From UHGV virus genome UHGV-0213393: 64,000 bases of DNA; one strand, given 5' to 3'. This stretch comes from a virus. This document shows positions 8,831 through 18,658 of the stretch, piece after piece (the stretch's first letter is position 1; each line of letters opens with the position of its first letter). The notes beneath the pieces were generated by a model that saw only the letters and a list, made by a program, of their open reading frames with translations, was not told the DNA's origin and did not search any database. Position numbers and translations under genes: made by a program.

Positions 8831-9622
8831 ATGGGCCGTTTTGATGAATGGCTTGCTGATGATGCAAGCCTGATGAGAAAGGGAACAGAACATGACAGCA
8901 CGCAGAGAGAAGAGACAACGACGGTTGAAGCGAATGAAGGAAGCACAACGGAAAATGGGAATGTCAGTGCAGGGCCATTCAGTATTCTGGAAGAGCACGC
9001 CGCCACCCAATCTAATAGCCATGATAATTGGCCTGATAATGCTGGTGACTCTGTTACGGAAGTGATTGAACCTGACATCGCTCCCCTACCGGCATCGCTC
9101 GCTAACAGAGAACCAAACCAGCAGCTTAAAACCCGATATAACGGACATAAAGCGTTCAACGACCAGATCCGCGCCGATTGGATGCTCATTATTGAATCAA
9201 GCCCTGACGCGTTCGAGGCGCTTTTATACCGCCCGGCTGATGGCACCTATGGCGTCGTAAACGATGAAACAGGTGAAGAGTCTTTCACGCAACTGGACAA
9301 CAACCAGCGTGAGCTTACCTATCTGGAACCGGAAATCGTATACGTCCTAGATAACCCGGACGGAAGGGATTCGTTTCATGCCATTGATGCCGATGGAGAA
9401 CAGGATGGTCTTGCTGATGAAGTGCTAATCCTACGTATTGCTGCAAACAACGTACCTGTTGGTTCAATCCTGGAATGGAACGAAGAAATGGCGAATGGCC
9501 TCGCCCGCCGCTGGTGGTACGTGCATCGAATCTTCAGCTACGGAACACAACACGTCGGCTCCCTTTATTACTGCATCCCGGCCAGGAACTTTGATACCAC
9601 TCAAAACGGAGTGATCGAATGA
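8831..9622 (+). CDS. hypothetical virion/morphogenesis protein
   Basis: Start at MGRFDEW after GAGGA RBS; first of a coupled four-gene plus-strand block. Confidence 0.4.
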   Translation: MGRFDEWLADDASLMRKGTEHDSTQREETTTVEANEGSTTENGNVSAGPFSILEEHAATQSNSHDNWPDNAGDSVTEVIEPDIAPLPASLANREPNQQLKTRYNGHKAFNDQIRADWMLIIESSPDAFEALLYRPADGTYGVVNDETGEESFTQLDNNQRELTYLEPEIVYVLDNPDGRDSFHAIDADGEQDGLADEVLILRIAANNVPVGSILEWNEEMANGLARRWWYVHRIFSYGTQHVGSLYYCIPARNFDTTQNGVIE

Positions 9623-10386
9623 CACCCAACAAAACTCTCCTGTCCCGCATTGGCGAGTGGCAGACAACGCGTACTGGAAAATTCCAGACAACTGGTCTGG
9701 AAAGAGTGGATAACGCTTTTGCTACGCTAATCAGTGACATTTTTTCTGACGTAACGCTGGTGGAACCAGCAAAAGAAGAAAGGCGCTTTGCATCATTCCT
9801 GAGTCGCCCACCAGCGGAGCGTGTTTATGTTGCCCGTTTTGATAACGCGGTCGAGTTCCTTAAAGCGGTTCGCCGTGCTAATGCCGGGCAAGGGAGAAAG
9901 CCAGAGAATCCGAACATTAATCGCGATGCACTCCCTCTGATTAATATCTCGCGCTCAATGGATATCAGCTATATCAACAATGACCAGCAGATAGACCGCA
10001 AAAGCTGTGATCACTTCTGCGAACCTGGCAGCGGTATGCCTTTAGTAGCCCTGGAATACACCCAGGCAAATCTGACGTATGACGTTACATTAATGGCGAC
10101 GGATAAGGCGACCATGAGTCTGATGTGTAATTCGCTAGGAGCACGTCTTCGCTTGATGGCAGGAACGCAGTTTGAAGCAACAACCCCGCTGGTACGAGTA
10201 CCCGTCCCGCTAATTTGCGCGATTCAGGATGCTAAAGACATCAGTTTTACTGATGTTTCAGCCCCAATTGGGGAAGAGCGTATTTATGCTGCACAAACGG
10301 CAATTAGTGTTATAGCAGACGTGATCACCGCCTGGGAGCTGGACGCGAAACGAATTATTACTGAAACCTCTCTGAGAATGGGGTAA
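9619..10386 (+). CDS. hypothetical virion/morphogenesis protein
   Basis: Start overlaps upstream stop (ATGA). Confidence 0.4.
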   Translation: MTPNKTLLSRIGEWQTTRTGKFQTTGLERVDNAFATLISDIFSDVTLVEPAKEERRFASFLSRPPAERVYVARFDNAVEFLKAVRRANAGQGRKPENPNINRDALPLINISRSMDISYINNDQQIDRKSCDHFCEPGSGMPLVALEYTQANLTYDVTLMATDKATMSLMCNSLGARLRLMAGTQFEATTPLVRVPVPLICAIQDAKDISFTDVSAPIGEERIYAAQTAISVIADVITAWELDAKRIITETSLRMG

Positions 10387-10389
10387 GCC

Positions 10390-11370
10390 ATGTCCCAGGA
10401 GCTACAGCAATACTTTCTACAGTCCGTTACCATCAACGGAAACAAAGTGCCCAGGGAGTGGATATTCACTGCCGTATATGTGGAAAAGGCAAACCTGCGT
10501 GCACCATTGCTGAAACTGGAAATTCACGATATTACCGGCACCATAATTGATGACTGGAAAACAAAATACGGCGCAGCACTGGTTGCAGAGATGGGTGATC
10601 CACAAGGCAATTCAGGCACGTTTAAAACAACTTTTTTCGTAACATCTGCGGTGCTGGCTGGTGATGTCATTACGGTCATTGCAGTCAGTGAAGACGTTCG
10701 GATATTTAAGATCCCCGCTCTACGGGCTAACCTGCATACAAACAAAACGCCTGATACCATTTTCAAGACGTATACCGGTACACTGAAAGTTTCCTCCAGC
10801 GCATTGAAACGAAGCTGTACGTACCATCTTTCCGCCGGGGAAAAACCCTCCAAAATGCTATCTGAAATGGCCCGCGACAAAGGCGCTTTATGCTGGGCCT
10901 GCCGTGGTCAGTTTAACTTTTATACATTAGCTGACCTTATGAAAGCTAAACCATCATTCACCTATGAAGGGAACAACCCCAGGGCGGAATACACGATTTC
11001 AAAAATGAGGCTTATACAGCAAGAGTATGCCGTTACGGCAAATACTCAGTATCGATTTACCGGCTATTCAATGACTGAAGGCTATGTCGAATATGGCGAT
11101 AGCTCACTTCCAATACGCTATATATCCGATCCGGATATGGAAACTCTGCGCAATATGCAATTGTCGCTCGTACCCAAAATGGATATTGAGGTCGCGGGTA
11201 ATCCCGACATCACGCCGGGAATGGTTATTGAGATCCTCGTGTATCGTTACGACCAGGAAAATAAGCTGGACGAATCGTTGCCTCGTAAGCTGTTGGTGAA
11301 AAACGTAGCCCATTTTGAGGACCGGATCGGCTATACAACACGAATGATATTAGGAGTACCCAACCAGTGA
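10390..11370 (+). CDS. putative baseplate hub-like protein
   Basis: Directly precedes a spike-like protein; size and position fit; no strong motif. Confidence 0.35.
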   Translation: MSQELQQYFLQSVTINGNKVPREWIFTAVYVEKANLRAPLLKLEIHDITGTIIDDWKTKYGAALVAEMGDPQGNSGTFKTTFFVTSAVLAGDVITVIAVSEDVRIFKIPALRANLHTNKTPDTIFKTYTGTLKVSSSALKRSCTYHLSAGEKPSKMLSEMARDKGALCWACRGQFNFYTLADLMKAKPSFTYEGNNPRAEYTISKMRLIQQEYAVTANTQYRFTGYSMTEGYVEYGDSSLPIRYISDPDMETLRNMQLSLVPKMDIEVAGNPDITPGMVIEILVYRYDQENKLDESLPRKLLVKNVAHFEDRIGYTTRMILGVPNQ

Positions 11371-12044
11371 AACGCAGAGCGCAAATCGTAGGGACCAAAC
11401 ACCCTGCCGGACTTATGCGAGCGCAGGTCCGCATACTGCCTGACTGGAACGGTGTACCGGATGAAGACCTCCCATGGGCAGAGTATCAAATGCCTATCGG
11501 TAACGCCTTTACACCTACAGTCAGCGGCGATTTAGTCTGGGTCGAATTTCCTTATCTGGATGCTAAAGGCAGGATAGACACGCGCCGACCTTTAATCGTT
11601 GGCGCGGCGCAGGATGCCCCAGGAGGCGTACCAAATGTGCCTCCGGAAGCCTCCGGACAAGGAAACGGATGGTCGCCAGAAGAAGTTGATGGTGCTCCTG
11701 CCCGCCCCCAGTTTTCGGCGACTGAAGATTTTGTTATTCACCGAAACAATATCCTTGAGGTCAGAACGGCTGGCGGTGGCTATGAAATAGCAAACACCGC
11801 CGCAGGATCAAGGATAGGGATGAACGAATCCGGCCAGATTTACATAATCGGCCCGGCGAATATAGTGCTTAATGCTGGAGGTGAGGTTAACGTCAAATCA
11901 AGCAGCAAAACCAATGTATCCTCAGATGGAGACGTTAATGTAAAAGGCAGCAATGTAACCGTCGCCGCTGATGGTGATATAGCCCTGAAAGCTGGTGGCG
12001 CGCTAAAAGCAACAGCGAGCAATTTCTCCTTTGTGAAGGGATAG
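11367..12044 (+). CDS. putative baseplate spike (gpV/gp5-like) protein
   Basis: C-terminal Gly/Val/Asn-rich beta-helix-like repeats (IVLNAGGEVNVKSSSKTNVSSDGDVNVKGSNVTVAADGDIALKAGG). Confidence 0.4.
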   Translation: MKRRAQIVGTKHPAGLMRAQVRILPDWNGVPDEDLPWAEYQMPIGNAFTPTVSGDLVWVEFPYLDAKGRIDTRRPLIVGAAQDAPGGVPNVPPEASGQGNGWSPEEVDGAPARPQFSATEDFVIHRNNILEVRTAGGGYEIANTAAGSRIGMNESGQIYIIGPANIVLNAGGEVNVKSSSKTNVSSDGDVNVKGSNVTVAADGDIALKAGGALKATASNFSFVKG

Positions 12045-12094
12045 CAAAATGCAAAACTGTGTTAGATAATTGAGTTTTATTTTCTAACATAGTT

Positions 12095-13009
12095 TTGCGA
12101 AACATGAGATTAGTCGCCTTTAAAAACATATACGTCTATCGCCTTGCCCGCGAAATAAAACTGGACTCAACCACCGTTAGTGATGCCTTAAGCCAATTCA
12201 CATTCACTCCATGCGCATCACAAGAAATGGCAAAAGTCGGATGGGTGCCGGTTCTGGCTGACAACCTGATCCATGAATACCACGGTTTTCTACTTCTCCA
12301 GCAACAGCGAGAAATTAAGCTCCTGCCCTCTCATGTCATTAAGGAGGAAGTGCAGAAAAAAGTGGAAAAGCTCGAAAATGAGCAATCTCGTAAGCTGAAG
12401 AAGTCGGAAAAAAACACCCTGAAGGATGAAGTTCTCCACTCTTTGTTGCCTCGCGCATTCACTCGCAAATCATTGTCGCGAATCCTTATTGATCGCGACA
12501 ACTATCTGGTCTTCGTAGAAGCTTCCAGCGCCAGAAAAGCAGAAGAAATGCTGGCGCTCTTACGTAAATCACTTGGCAGCCTGCCAGTGATTCCATTCAC
12601 GCCGATAGAACCGCTCGAAATGACTATGACCGAATGGTTCAAGTCAACATTTCCTCAAGGCTTTAAAGCAGGCGAAGAAGCCATATTGAAATCTCTGTTC
12701 GATGACGGCGGCGCAGTTCGTTGCAAGAAAGTAGACCTACAGTCAGAGGAAATAATGACTCATATTGAAGCCGGAAAAGTTGCAACAACAGTTGCAATCA
12801 ACTGGCAGGACCGCGCGACCTTCAGGTTAAACGATGACATGAGCATCAAAGCACTGACGTTTTGCGATGATCTCTATGACCAGAACGATGACATCGACCG
12901 TGAAGATGTTGCCCAGCGATTTGATGCTGACTTCATTCTGTTCACAAGCGAATTATCCGCGATGTTTAGCTCGCTGGTGGAGGCCATTGGCGGTGAAGCA
13001 GAGCATTAA
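12095..13009 (+). CDS. rdgC: recombination-associated protein RdgC
   Basis: Near full-length by-eye alignment to E. coli RdgC (FKNIYVYRL; LKDEVLHSLLPRAF; LALLRKSLGSLPV; DREDVAQRFDADFIL). Likely ATG start at 12104. Confidence 0.85.
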   Translation: MRNMRLVAFKNIYVYRLAREIKLDSTTVSDALSQFTFTPCASQEMAKVGWVPVLADNLIHEYHGFLLLQQQREIKLLPSHVIKEEVQKKVEKLENEQSRKLKKSEKNTLKDEVLHSLLPRAFTRKSLSRILIDRDNYLVFVEASSARKAEEMLALLRKSLGSLPVIPFTPIEPLEMTMTEWFKSTFPQGFKAGEEAILKSLFDDGGAVRCKKVDLQSEEIMTHIEAGKVATTVAINWQDRATFRLNDDMSIKALTFCDDLYDQNDDIDREDVAQRFDADFILFTSELSAMFSSLVEAIGGEAEH

Positions 13010-13052
13010 TAACCGACCGCTGGCGGTGAGTCTTTGTGATTATACAGGGAAT

Positions 13053-13673
13053 ATGGTTTCCCCCTGGCTGGAACACGGCATTGATGCAGTCATTGTCGAT
13101 CCGCAACACCAGGAGTCCGGCAGCCAATTGATGGAGTCAGGTGCTGTACTCACACGTATCAGCGCAATTATTGACAGTGATGAGGTCTACAATTTCCTTC
13201 GGAAAAATTTGCACAGAGTTGTATTTTTAGCCGGTTTCCCTCCATGTACTGACCTGGCTGTATCTGGCGCACGCTGGTTCGCAGATAAAGCGAAAAAAGA
13301 TCCGGTTTTCCAGTTCAAAGCAATGCAGGTTGTCTGGCAGTGTTACGACATTGCAAAGATGATTGGTTGCCCGTACATGATTGAAAACCCGGTCAGCCAA
13401 ATATCGACATTCTGGCGTAAACCTGATCACATATTCCATCCTTATCACTTCACTGCATATTGCAAGGAAGACAATTACACCAAAAAAACATGCCTGTGGA
13501 GCGGACAAGGATTCATCATGCCAACTCCGCGAATCGACGAGTCGTTAGGTGATCCAGACAACCGAATACACAAGGCACCGCCAGGACCTGAAAGAGCGAA
13601 TTTTCGTAGCGCGACACCTTACGGTTTTGCAAGAGCTGTATTTGAAGCAAATAAGGAGGGAATCCGTGGCTGA
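13053..13673 (+). CDS. C5-cytosine methyltransferase-like protein (catalytic motifs only)
   Basis: GFPPCTDLAVSGA resembles motif IV (PC), MIENP resembles motif VI (ENV); a motif-I-like SLCDYTGN would need a GTG start at about 12993. No obvious target-recognition domain. Confidence 0.4.
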   Translation: MVSPWLEHGIDAVIVDPQHQESGSQLMESGAVLTRISAIIDSDEVYNFLRKNLHRVVFLAGFPPCTDLAVSGARWFADKAKKDPVFQFKAMQVVWQCYDIAKMIGCPYMIENPVSQISTFWRKPDHIFHPYHFTAYCKEDNYTKKTCLWSGQGFIMPTPRIDESLGDPDNRIHKAPPGPERANFRSATPYGFARAVFEANKEGIRG

Positions 13674-14583
13674 TATTGGTGCTAAATTTATTTCTTATAG
13701 CGACAATCATCGTCCTGCGGCGGAAGCCACTATCAGCCATATGCGACGTATTCGCTCGGAGGACGAATTTGATCGCCCCGTCTTTAAGTGGGTCGGCGGC
13801 AAATTTTCTGCACTGCCCATTATCTTCGAACACCTGCCCCACGGAAAACGGTTGATAGAACCTTTCGTTGGAGGTGGCGCTGTTTTCACTAATGCCGGAT
13901 TTAAAAGCAACCTGCTGAACGATATCAATAATGACCTGATTAACTTCTATCAGACATTGCAGCGTGAAGGGCATTCTCTTATCACACTGGCATATCGTTT
14001 TTTTCAGGATTACAACTCTGCTGATGCATTTTTGAATGTTCGCAATGCATTCAACAATGGTGCTTATGATTCCCTTCACCATGCAGCGGCGTTCCTGTAT
14101 CTCAATCGTCATTGTTTTAATGGCGTCACTCGCTATAACCGTAAAGGAGAGTTCAACGTCGGATATGGAAAGCAGAAATCCCCCCACTTCCCTCTCGCGG
14201 AAATGGAGGCGTTCCTGGCTGACGATATTTCAAAGTATTCGGAATTTGTGTCCGGCGATTTTGCTGGTGTAATTGAGGCTGCAGGGAATGATGATGTGAT
14301 TTTCTGCGATCCCCCCTATGAACCATTGCCCGACACTACCGGATTTACAAATTACTCAGGGCATAGCTTTAGGTTTGAAGATCAACAACGGCTGGTGTCA
14401 CTGCTGGTGGATGCCCACAGACGCGGAGCGAAAATTGTGATAACAAACAGTGGTGCGCCTAACATTCGCGAACTTTACGTTGGCAATGGCTTCAAGGTGT
14501 ATCCTATGCCATCCCGTCGCTCTGTATCCTGTAAAGCATCAACCCGAATGATAGCTAACGACATTATAGCCACGCTCAATTAA
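13666..14583 (+). CDS. dam: Dam-family N6-adenine DNA methyltransferase
   Basis: KWVGGK, EPFVGGGAV, NDINNDLINFY, CDPPY all present and co-linear with E. coli Dam; GTG start after AAGGAGGG RBS. Confidence 0.8.
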   Translation: MADIGAKFISYSDNHRPAAEATISHMRRIRSEDEFDRPVFKWVGGKFSALPIIFEHLPHGKRLIEPFVGGGAVFTNAGFKSNLLNDINNDLINFYQTLQREGHSLITLAYRFFQDYNSADAFLNVRNAFNNGAYDSLHHAAAFLYLNRHCFNGVTRYNRKGEFNVGYGKQKSPHFPLAEMEAFLADDISKYSEFVSGDFAGVIEAAGNDDVIFCDPPYEPLPDTTGFTNYSGHSFRFEDQQRLVSLLVDAHRRGAKIVITNSGAPNIRELYVGNGFKVYPMPSRRSVSCKASTRMIANDIIATLN

Positions 14584-14584
14584 G

Positions 14585-14607
14585 AAAAGCCCCATATGGG
14601 GCTTTAT
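14585..14607 (+). terminator. rho-independent terminator after dam
   Basis: AAAAGCCCC-ATAT-GGGGCTTTT hairpin. Confidence 0.5.
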
Positions 14608-14717
14608 AACATCAAATAAACGCCATTACGGTACACTAATAACACCATTCTGGTACTAAAAAGGCATCAAGGTAGTATCAAAATACCACATGGAACCAAA
14701 ACGGTGTTATTCCGGCG

Positions 14718-15005
14718 TCATTTTGTATCCTCAGACTCTGCAAGCATGAGGATAGCATGGCGGATCATATTCAATTTGCTGCGATTATGCTTTTTGCTTA
14801 ACGCATCAAGTACCTGGTACTCGTATTCATTGAAGCCAACACGAATGGATTTAAAATCACGTGGGGCGTCCTTATCGAGCACTTTGTTGTCTTCTGGTTG
14901 CTCACCCGGCACCAAATCAGCCTTACTGGCAAAATCCTCAATTCGGCGTTCAAGATCGGGGTCTTTTACTTCGGGGGCTTTTACCGATTTACGAGGCTTA
15001 ATCAC
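14718..15005 (-). CDS. ParG-like ribbon-helix-helix partition/centromere-binding protein
   Basis: Small basic protein immediately downstream of and overlapping the ParA-type ATPase gene. Confidence 0.5.
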   Translation of the reverse strand: MIKPRKSVKAPEVKDPDLERRIEDFASKADLVPGEQPEDNKVLDKDAPRDFKSIRVGFNEYEYQVLDALSKKHNRSKLNMIRHAILMLAESEDTK

Positions 15006-15639
15006 TTAATAACTCCTTAACCAACATCTGGATTTCACCTTTAGCTTTCCCGTTGTCCATCTCAACAACGCCCTTCCCTTCAGCCATGCAATCGCGGTAA
15101 ACCTTACGATCACGAATGATGGTTTTCAGCAACTTCAGTTGCGGATATTCAGCCAGGTACTCTTTGGCCTCATTGGTTTCATTCACAACCGGATTGGATG
15201 GGGCCATTGTTAAGACTGCGAACGCCTTAATGCTAGGATTAGGCATCAGGTCCAAAGCCTCTTCAAACACTTCAACAAAGTGTGCCAGCGTGTCTAAATC
15301 TGGTTGAGATGGTCTAAATGGGACCAACACAATATCTGCAGCGGTTATGCCTGTACGCATCTCTTTGCTATCGCGCCCGGCTGTATCAACAACTACAAAT
15401 TCATAACGCTTATCCAGATCGAGAAGTGTTTCTCGAATATTACCAAACTTCTGGACACAATGAATTACAGGAGAAACCTCTGCCGTGTTACGGTCAGCTG
15501 CCCAGCGGGCAGCTGTTCCTTGCTTGTCTGCATCTAGTAACACTACATCCTTATTTTCGCGGGCAAGCTCCGCACAGATGTTTACGCTTGTGGTTGATTT
15601 TCCACAGCCACCTTTTTGGCTGACTACCAATATAATCAT
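14998..15639 (-). CDS. parA: ParA/ParF-type partition ATPase
   Basis: Deviant Walker A KGGCGKST at the N-terminus; size typical of small type-Ib ParA. Confidence 0.85.
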   Translation of the reverse strand: MIILVVSQKGGCGKSTTSVNICAELARENKDVVLLDADKQGTAARWAADRNTAEVSPVIHCVQKFGNIRETLLDLDKRYEFVVVDTAGRDSKEMRTGITAADIVLVPFRPSQPDLDTLAHFVEVFEEALDLMPNPSIKAFAVLTMAPSNPVVNETNEAKEYLAEYPQLKLLKTIIRDRKVYRDCMAEGKGVVEMDNGKAKGEIQMLVKELLSD

Positions 15640-15860
15640 ATCCGTTCCTCGGTGTTATTTTGGTATCAAACTGGTTCCAAACAGAAGCCTTATTGATGCG
15701 GTTTTGGCTCTATAGTGGAGTCACTATGCTTTGCAAAAGTATAACACTAAACACTCTAAATTTACCCTCTGTTGCATCCTGTTTAACACGAAATCAGCCT
15801 CAAAGTGGAACCAGACACAAAACAGCACCATAACAACACCGTTTTGGTACTAAAAGAACA
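15640..15860. promoter_or_regulatory. putative centromere/operator repeats for the ParA/ParG-like operon
   Basis: Repeated GGTAC/GGAACC-containing motifs; TGGTACTAAAAG also recurs at about 14650 on the other side of the operon. Confidence 0.35.
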
Positions 15861-15887
15861 CTAAATTAGAACCATAACAGTATAAAA

Positions 15888-15915
15888 AAGGCTGCAAATT
15901 GCAGCCTTTGAAGAT
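15888..15915. terminator. hairpin AAAAGGCTGCA-AATTGCAGCCTTT downstream of parR
   Basis: Inverted repeat read from sequence. Confidence 0.45.
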
Positions 15916-15924
15916 GTAGATTTG

Positions 15925-16290
15925 TTAATCAGGGAGTGAGTTTGCCAAATTCTGTGCAGAGCGGCTTTTCGAAACGCCAGGTTTTTTAACATCCGCTGAG
16001 GCTGAGGGGTTTCCTTCAGGGTTTTCCCGAACTTCAGGCGAAATTTCAAGAAATGAAACCAGCATTTTTCTGATCACTTCAGGGCTATTATCACCGGATA
16101 AAAGCGATGCCAACATGGGAGGTAATCTGCTATCAACCTCGCCAAGAGCGATACCTGCAAGCATCGCTGTGCGCGCCATATCATTGCGATCTCTTAATGG
16201 ATGGCCCTCAAGTTTTGCATCAGCATATTGCTCACTGGCGTTAAGACCAGGACGAAGATAAAACAATACTTTTCGACGTTCCTGAGACAT
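15925..16290 (-). CDS. parR: ParR-like centromere-binding adaptor
   Basis: Immediately downstream of parM; by-eye similarity to R1 ParR (RRKVLFYLRPGLNASE; RTAMLAGIAL). Confidence 0.6.
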   Translation of the reverse strand: MSQERRKVLFYLRPGLNASEQYADAKLEGHPLRDRNDMARTAMLAGIALGEVDSRLPPMLASLLSGDNSPEVIRKMLVSFLEISPEVRENPEGNPSASADVKKPGVSKSRSAQNLANSLPD

Positions 16291-16300
16291 GGCAACCTCA

Positions 16301-17260
16301 TCAACCGATAGATTTTAGACCATAGACAAGAGCAAGTTGTGGATCATCAGCAACGAAAAACCTATCGTCACGAATGTTTACCTGCTCACGGATAGCATCA
16401 GCAACAAGCGGCGCGCCGCCACCAATGACCATAACATGCGTGTATCCTTTGAAATCACTGATCACATCCAGTACGCGTGTACGGAGTCGTTCTATGCTTG
16501 ACGAAATGGCTTTCTTAACATCATCAATAGCAGACGGATCGTTAATATTGTCGGTCAAATAATCCTCATCATCACGATTAATGATTAATTGATCGACATT
16601 ATAATTAGAGGTTTCGGTATTCGCTTTTGCAAGTGCCTGTCTGACCTCTTTAGTTACCAGCGAAACGCCGAGATTAGAATCGCCAAATACGCGAGAAACG
16701 GCGGTCATTTGCCCGGCGACCATCGACACATCCAGAGTAGTCCCACCAAGATCAACAATAAGCACAGAATGCGCTGGCACAAGGCTGTCGCACAGACCGA
16801 TCCCTGCGGGTATTGACTCCGGGCGCACAGTCACTTTTTTGATAGTAAAAACCTGACCTTTGTTAAGGGTGACTGGTCGCATCAGGCTGGCCTTTTTCCG
16901 CTCAATATTTTTCATGTTGTATTGTGCGTCGTCGTCATAAAACTCTGCCAGTGGCAACGTGACAACTATTTCCACTTCTTGAGGCTCAATGCCACTTGTA
17001 AGCAGGGCATGATGAACAGCAAGCACATTAAGCGGGCTGTATTGCCATTCAACGTTATTCGTCGGCAGCACATCCGGCGAGATCAAGTCATATGAATATT
17101 TTTCGTCATCAATGATGTAGTTAAACGGCTTTCCTGCGCCAAATGTGGCGGACCATCCACGTTTAAAACTGTTCGGACAGATATGGGTTCGAGTTTCCCC
17201 GTCTTGTTCCCACAGCATTTTGATATTGGTAGAACCATCGTCGATAAAAATGCGCATCAT
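16301..17260 (-). CDS. parM: ParM actin-like plasmid segregation ATPase
   Basis: MMRIFIDDGSTNIK and NVLAVHHALLTSG match the R1 ParM N-terminal and phosphate-binding regions; start placed at the MM codons rather than the upstream track start. Confidence 0.85.
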   Translation of the reverse strand: MMRIFIDDGSTNIKMLWEQDGETRTHICPNSFKRGWSATFGAGKPFNYIIDDEKYSYDLISPDVLPTNNVEWQYSPLNVLAVHHALLTSGIEPQEVEIVVTLPLAEFYDDDAQYNMKNIERKKASLMRPVTLNKGQVFTIKKVTVRPESIPAGIGLCDSLVPAHSVLIVDLGGTTLDVSMVAGQMTAVSRVFGDSNLGVSLVTKEVRQALAKANTETSNYNVDQLIINRDDEDYLTDNINDPSAIDDVKKAISSSIERLRTRVLDVISDFKGYTHVMVIGGGAPLVADAIREQVNIRDDRFFVADDPQLALVYGLKSIG

Positions 17261-17329
17261 ATTGCTCCACTTCTGAGACACATTTGAGAAAGAATTGAAT
17301 TTTATATGAGAAAACAAAATAAGACCAGA

Positions 17330-17470
17330 AGTTAGATAGCGTAAAAAGCATCAAACTAGAGACGCAATAGAGACACAAAAGAGACTTAGATGATACATGA
17401 TGTACCCACGATACCCGTTTGAGACAAATCAGAGACAAATGTGAGAAGTAAGAAATCTGAAGAGTGAAAA
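17330..17470. repeat. parC-like centromere: about six direct 11-bp AGAGACA-type iterons upstream of parM
   Basis: AGAGACGCAAT, AGAGACACAAA, AGAGACTTAGA, TGAGACAAATC, AGAGACAAATG read from sequence. Confidence 0.5.
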
Positions 17471-17509
17471 TCACAAAGTGGAGAAGATTTAAGAAAAAGG
17501 AGGTGTTAG

Positions 17510-17794
17510 ATGAGTGCAATAGCGACCAGTGACACAGTTTGTTCTGGTCATGGAGGATTCCCTCCGCGACCTGTAGCAGAAACAGTTTCCTGGTTTACCG
17601 TAAATGGAAAGCCAGTGGTTGTAGATGGGGGAGCGTTCCCAAGCCATACAGACGGAAATAGCGCGCACCCCGGATCAGCCGTATCGACGCGCTCATGGTT
17701 TGCAATAGGCGGGAAAGGAGTTGTTTGTGTGGGAGATCCCCTTTCTTGTGGCTCAGTCATCGCCAATGGTGAAGCAATTTTTCAGGTGTCATAA
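17510..17794 (+). CDS. PAAR-like spike-tip protein (tentative)
   Basis: About 94 aa, Gly/Pro-rich with paired Cys and VGDPLSCG pattern. Confidence 0.4.
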   Translation: MSAIATSDTVCSGHGGFPPRPVAETVSWFTVNGKPVVVDGGAFPSHTDGNSAHPGSAVSTRSWFAIGGKGVVCVGDPLSCGSVIANGEAIFQVS

Positions 17795-18588
17795 TGCTTG
17801 ATTCAATCGCTGAAGTTAATGCATTCAAAATTCTAAATGCATCAGGCACAACTACGCCTGCATCTATCACGCTAAGTAAAACAGCGTCATCCAATGCCAG
17901 TTCTCTGGAAGAGAATATCCAGGCTCTTATCCTGAAGGATAAAGCATACCCGGCGTCGGTGGTTTCATGGGTCAATCAGCTTTCTGTCTTTTCAGAACAA
18001 CTGAAAACTGTCAGTGCAGAAGCAACCAATTTAGCCGACTCGCTGTCTCCGTATACTTCGCCAACTGAATTACTTCAGATGAAAATTGGCTGGGAATGTT
18101 ACGTCAAAGGTAATGAGTTATCTCCTGCGCCAGAATTTGCTCTCGTAACAGTTATGGGAGATACCCTGCATCCGCAATCGCTTATTGACGCGTTGGCAGC
18201 ATTTGAACTGGTGCCAATCACTTCAGCCATGACCGCTATAAATGCAAAAGTTCAGGCGTCAAGCGGGGAGGCTTCAGGCAACGGAAGTTCCACCGGAACA
18301 ACACAGCAACCAGCACTAACAGAAGAAGAGATCAAAGCACTAAAAGACGCTGTGGAAGCAGCAACAGAACAAATAAATGCAATAAACAACACGAGCAGTA
18401 GTCTCTCAACACTTGTACAGCAAGTTAAGGACTCTACCGGAAAAGCCAAACAGGGACTGGAGAATGCTGTAGCTATTACGTTAACCGGTTCTCTACTGGG
18501 CGATGAAGTAATGAGTCCGGCAATCAGTTTGATCATGCCACAAGGTGTGATCGATGCGCTCCAAAGCAACACTAAAAAGGAACCATAA
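17794..18588 (+). CDS. hypothetical protein
   Basis: ORF coupled to upstream stop (ATAATG). Confidence 0.45.
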   Translation: MLDSIAEVNAFKILNASGTTTPASITLSKTASSNASSLEENIQALILKDKAYPASVVSWVNQLSVFSEQLKTVSAEATNLADSLSPYTSPTELLQMKIGWECYVKGNELSPAPEFALVTVMGDTLHPQSLIDALAAFELVPITSAMTAINAKVQASSGEASGNGSSTGTTQQPALTEEEIKALKDAVEAATEQINAINNTSSSLSTLVQQVKDSTGKAKQGLENAVAITLTGSLLGDEVMSPAISLIMPQGVIDALQSNTKKEP

Positions 18589-18658
18589 CCACACCATTTA
18601 AGCCCATAAATGGTTACAAATTGGTACACATATCACACCAACAAAAAATCTGAAGAGG

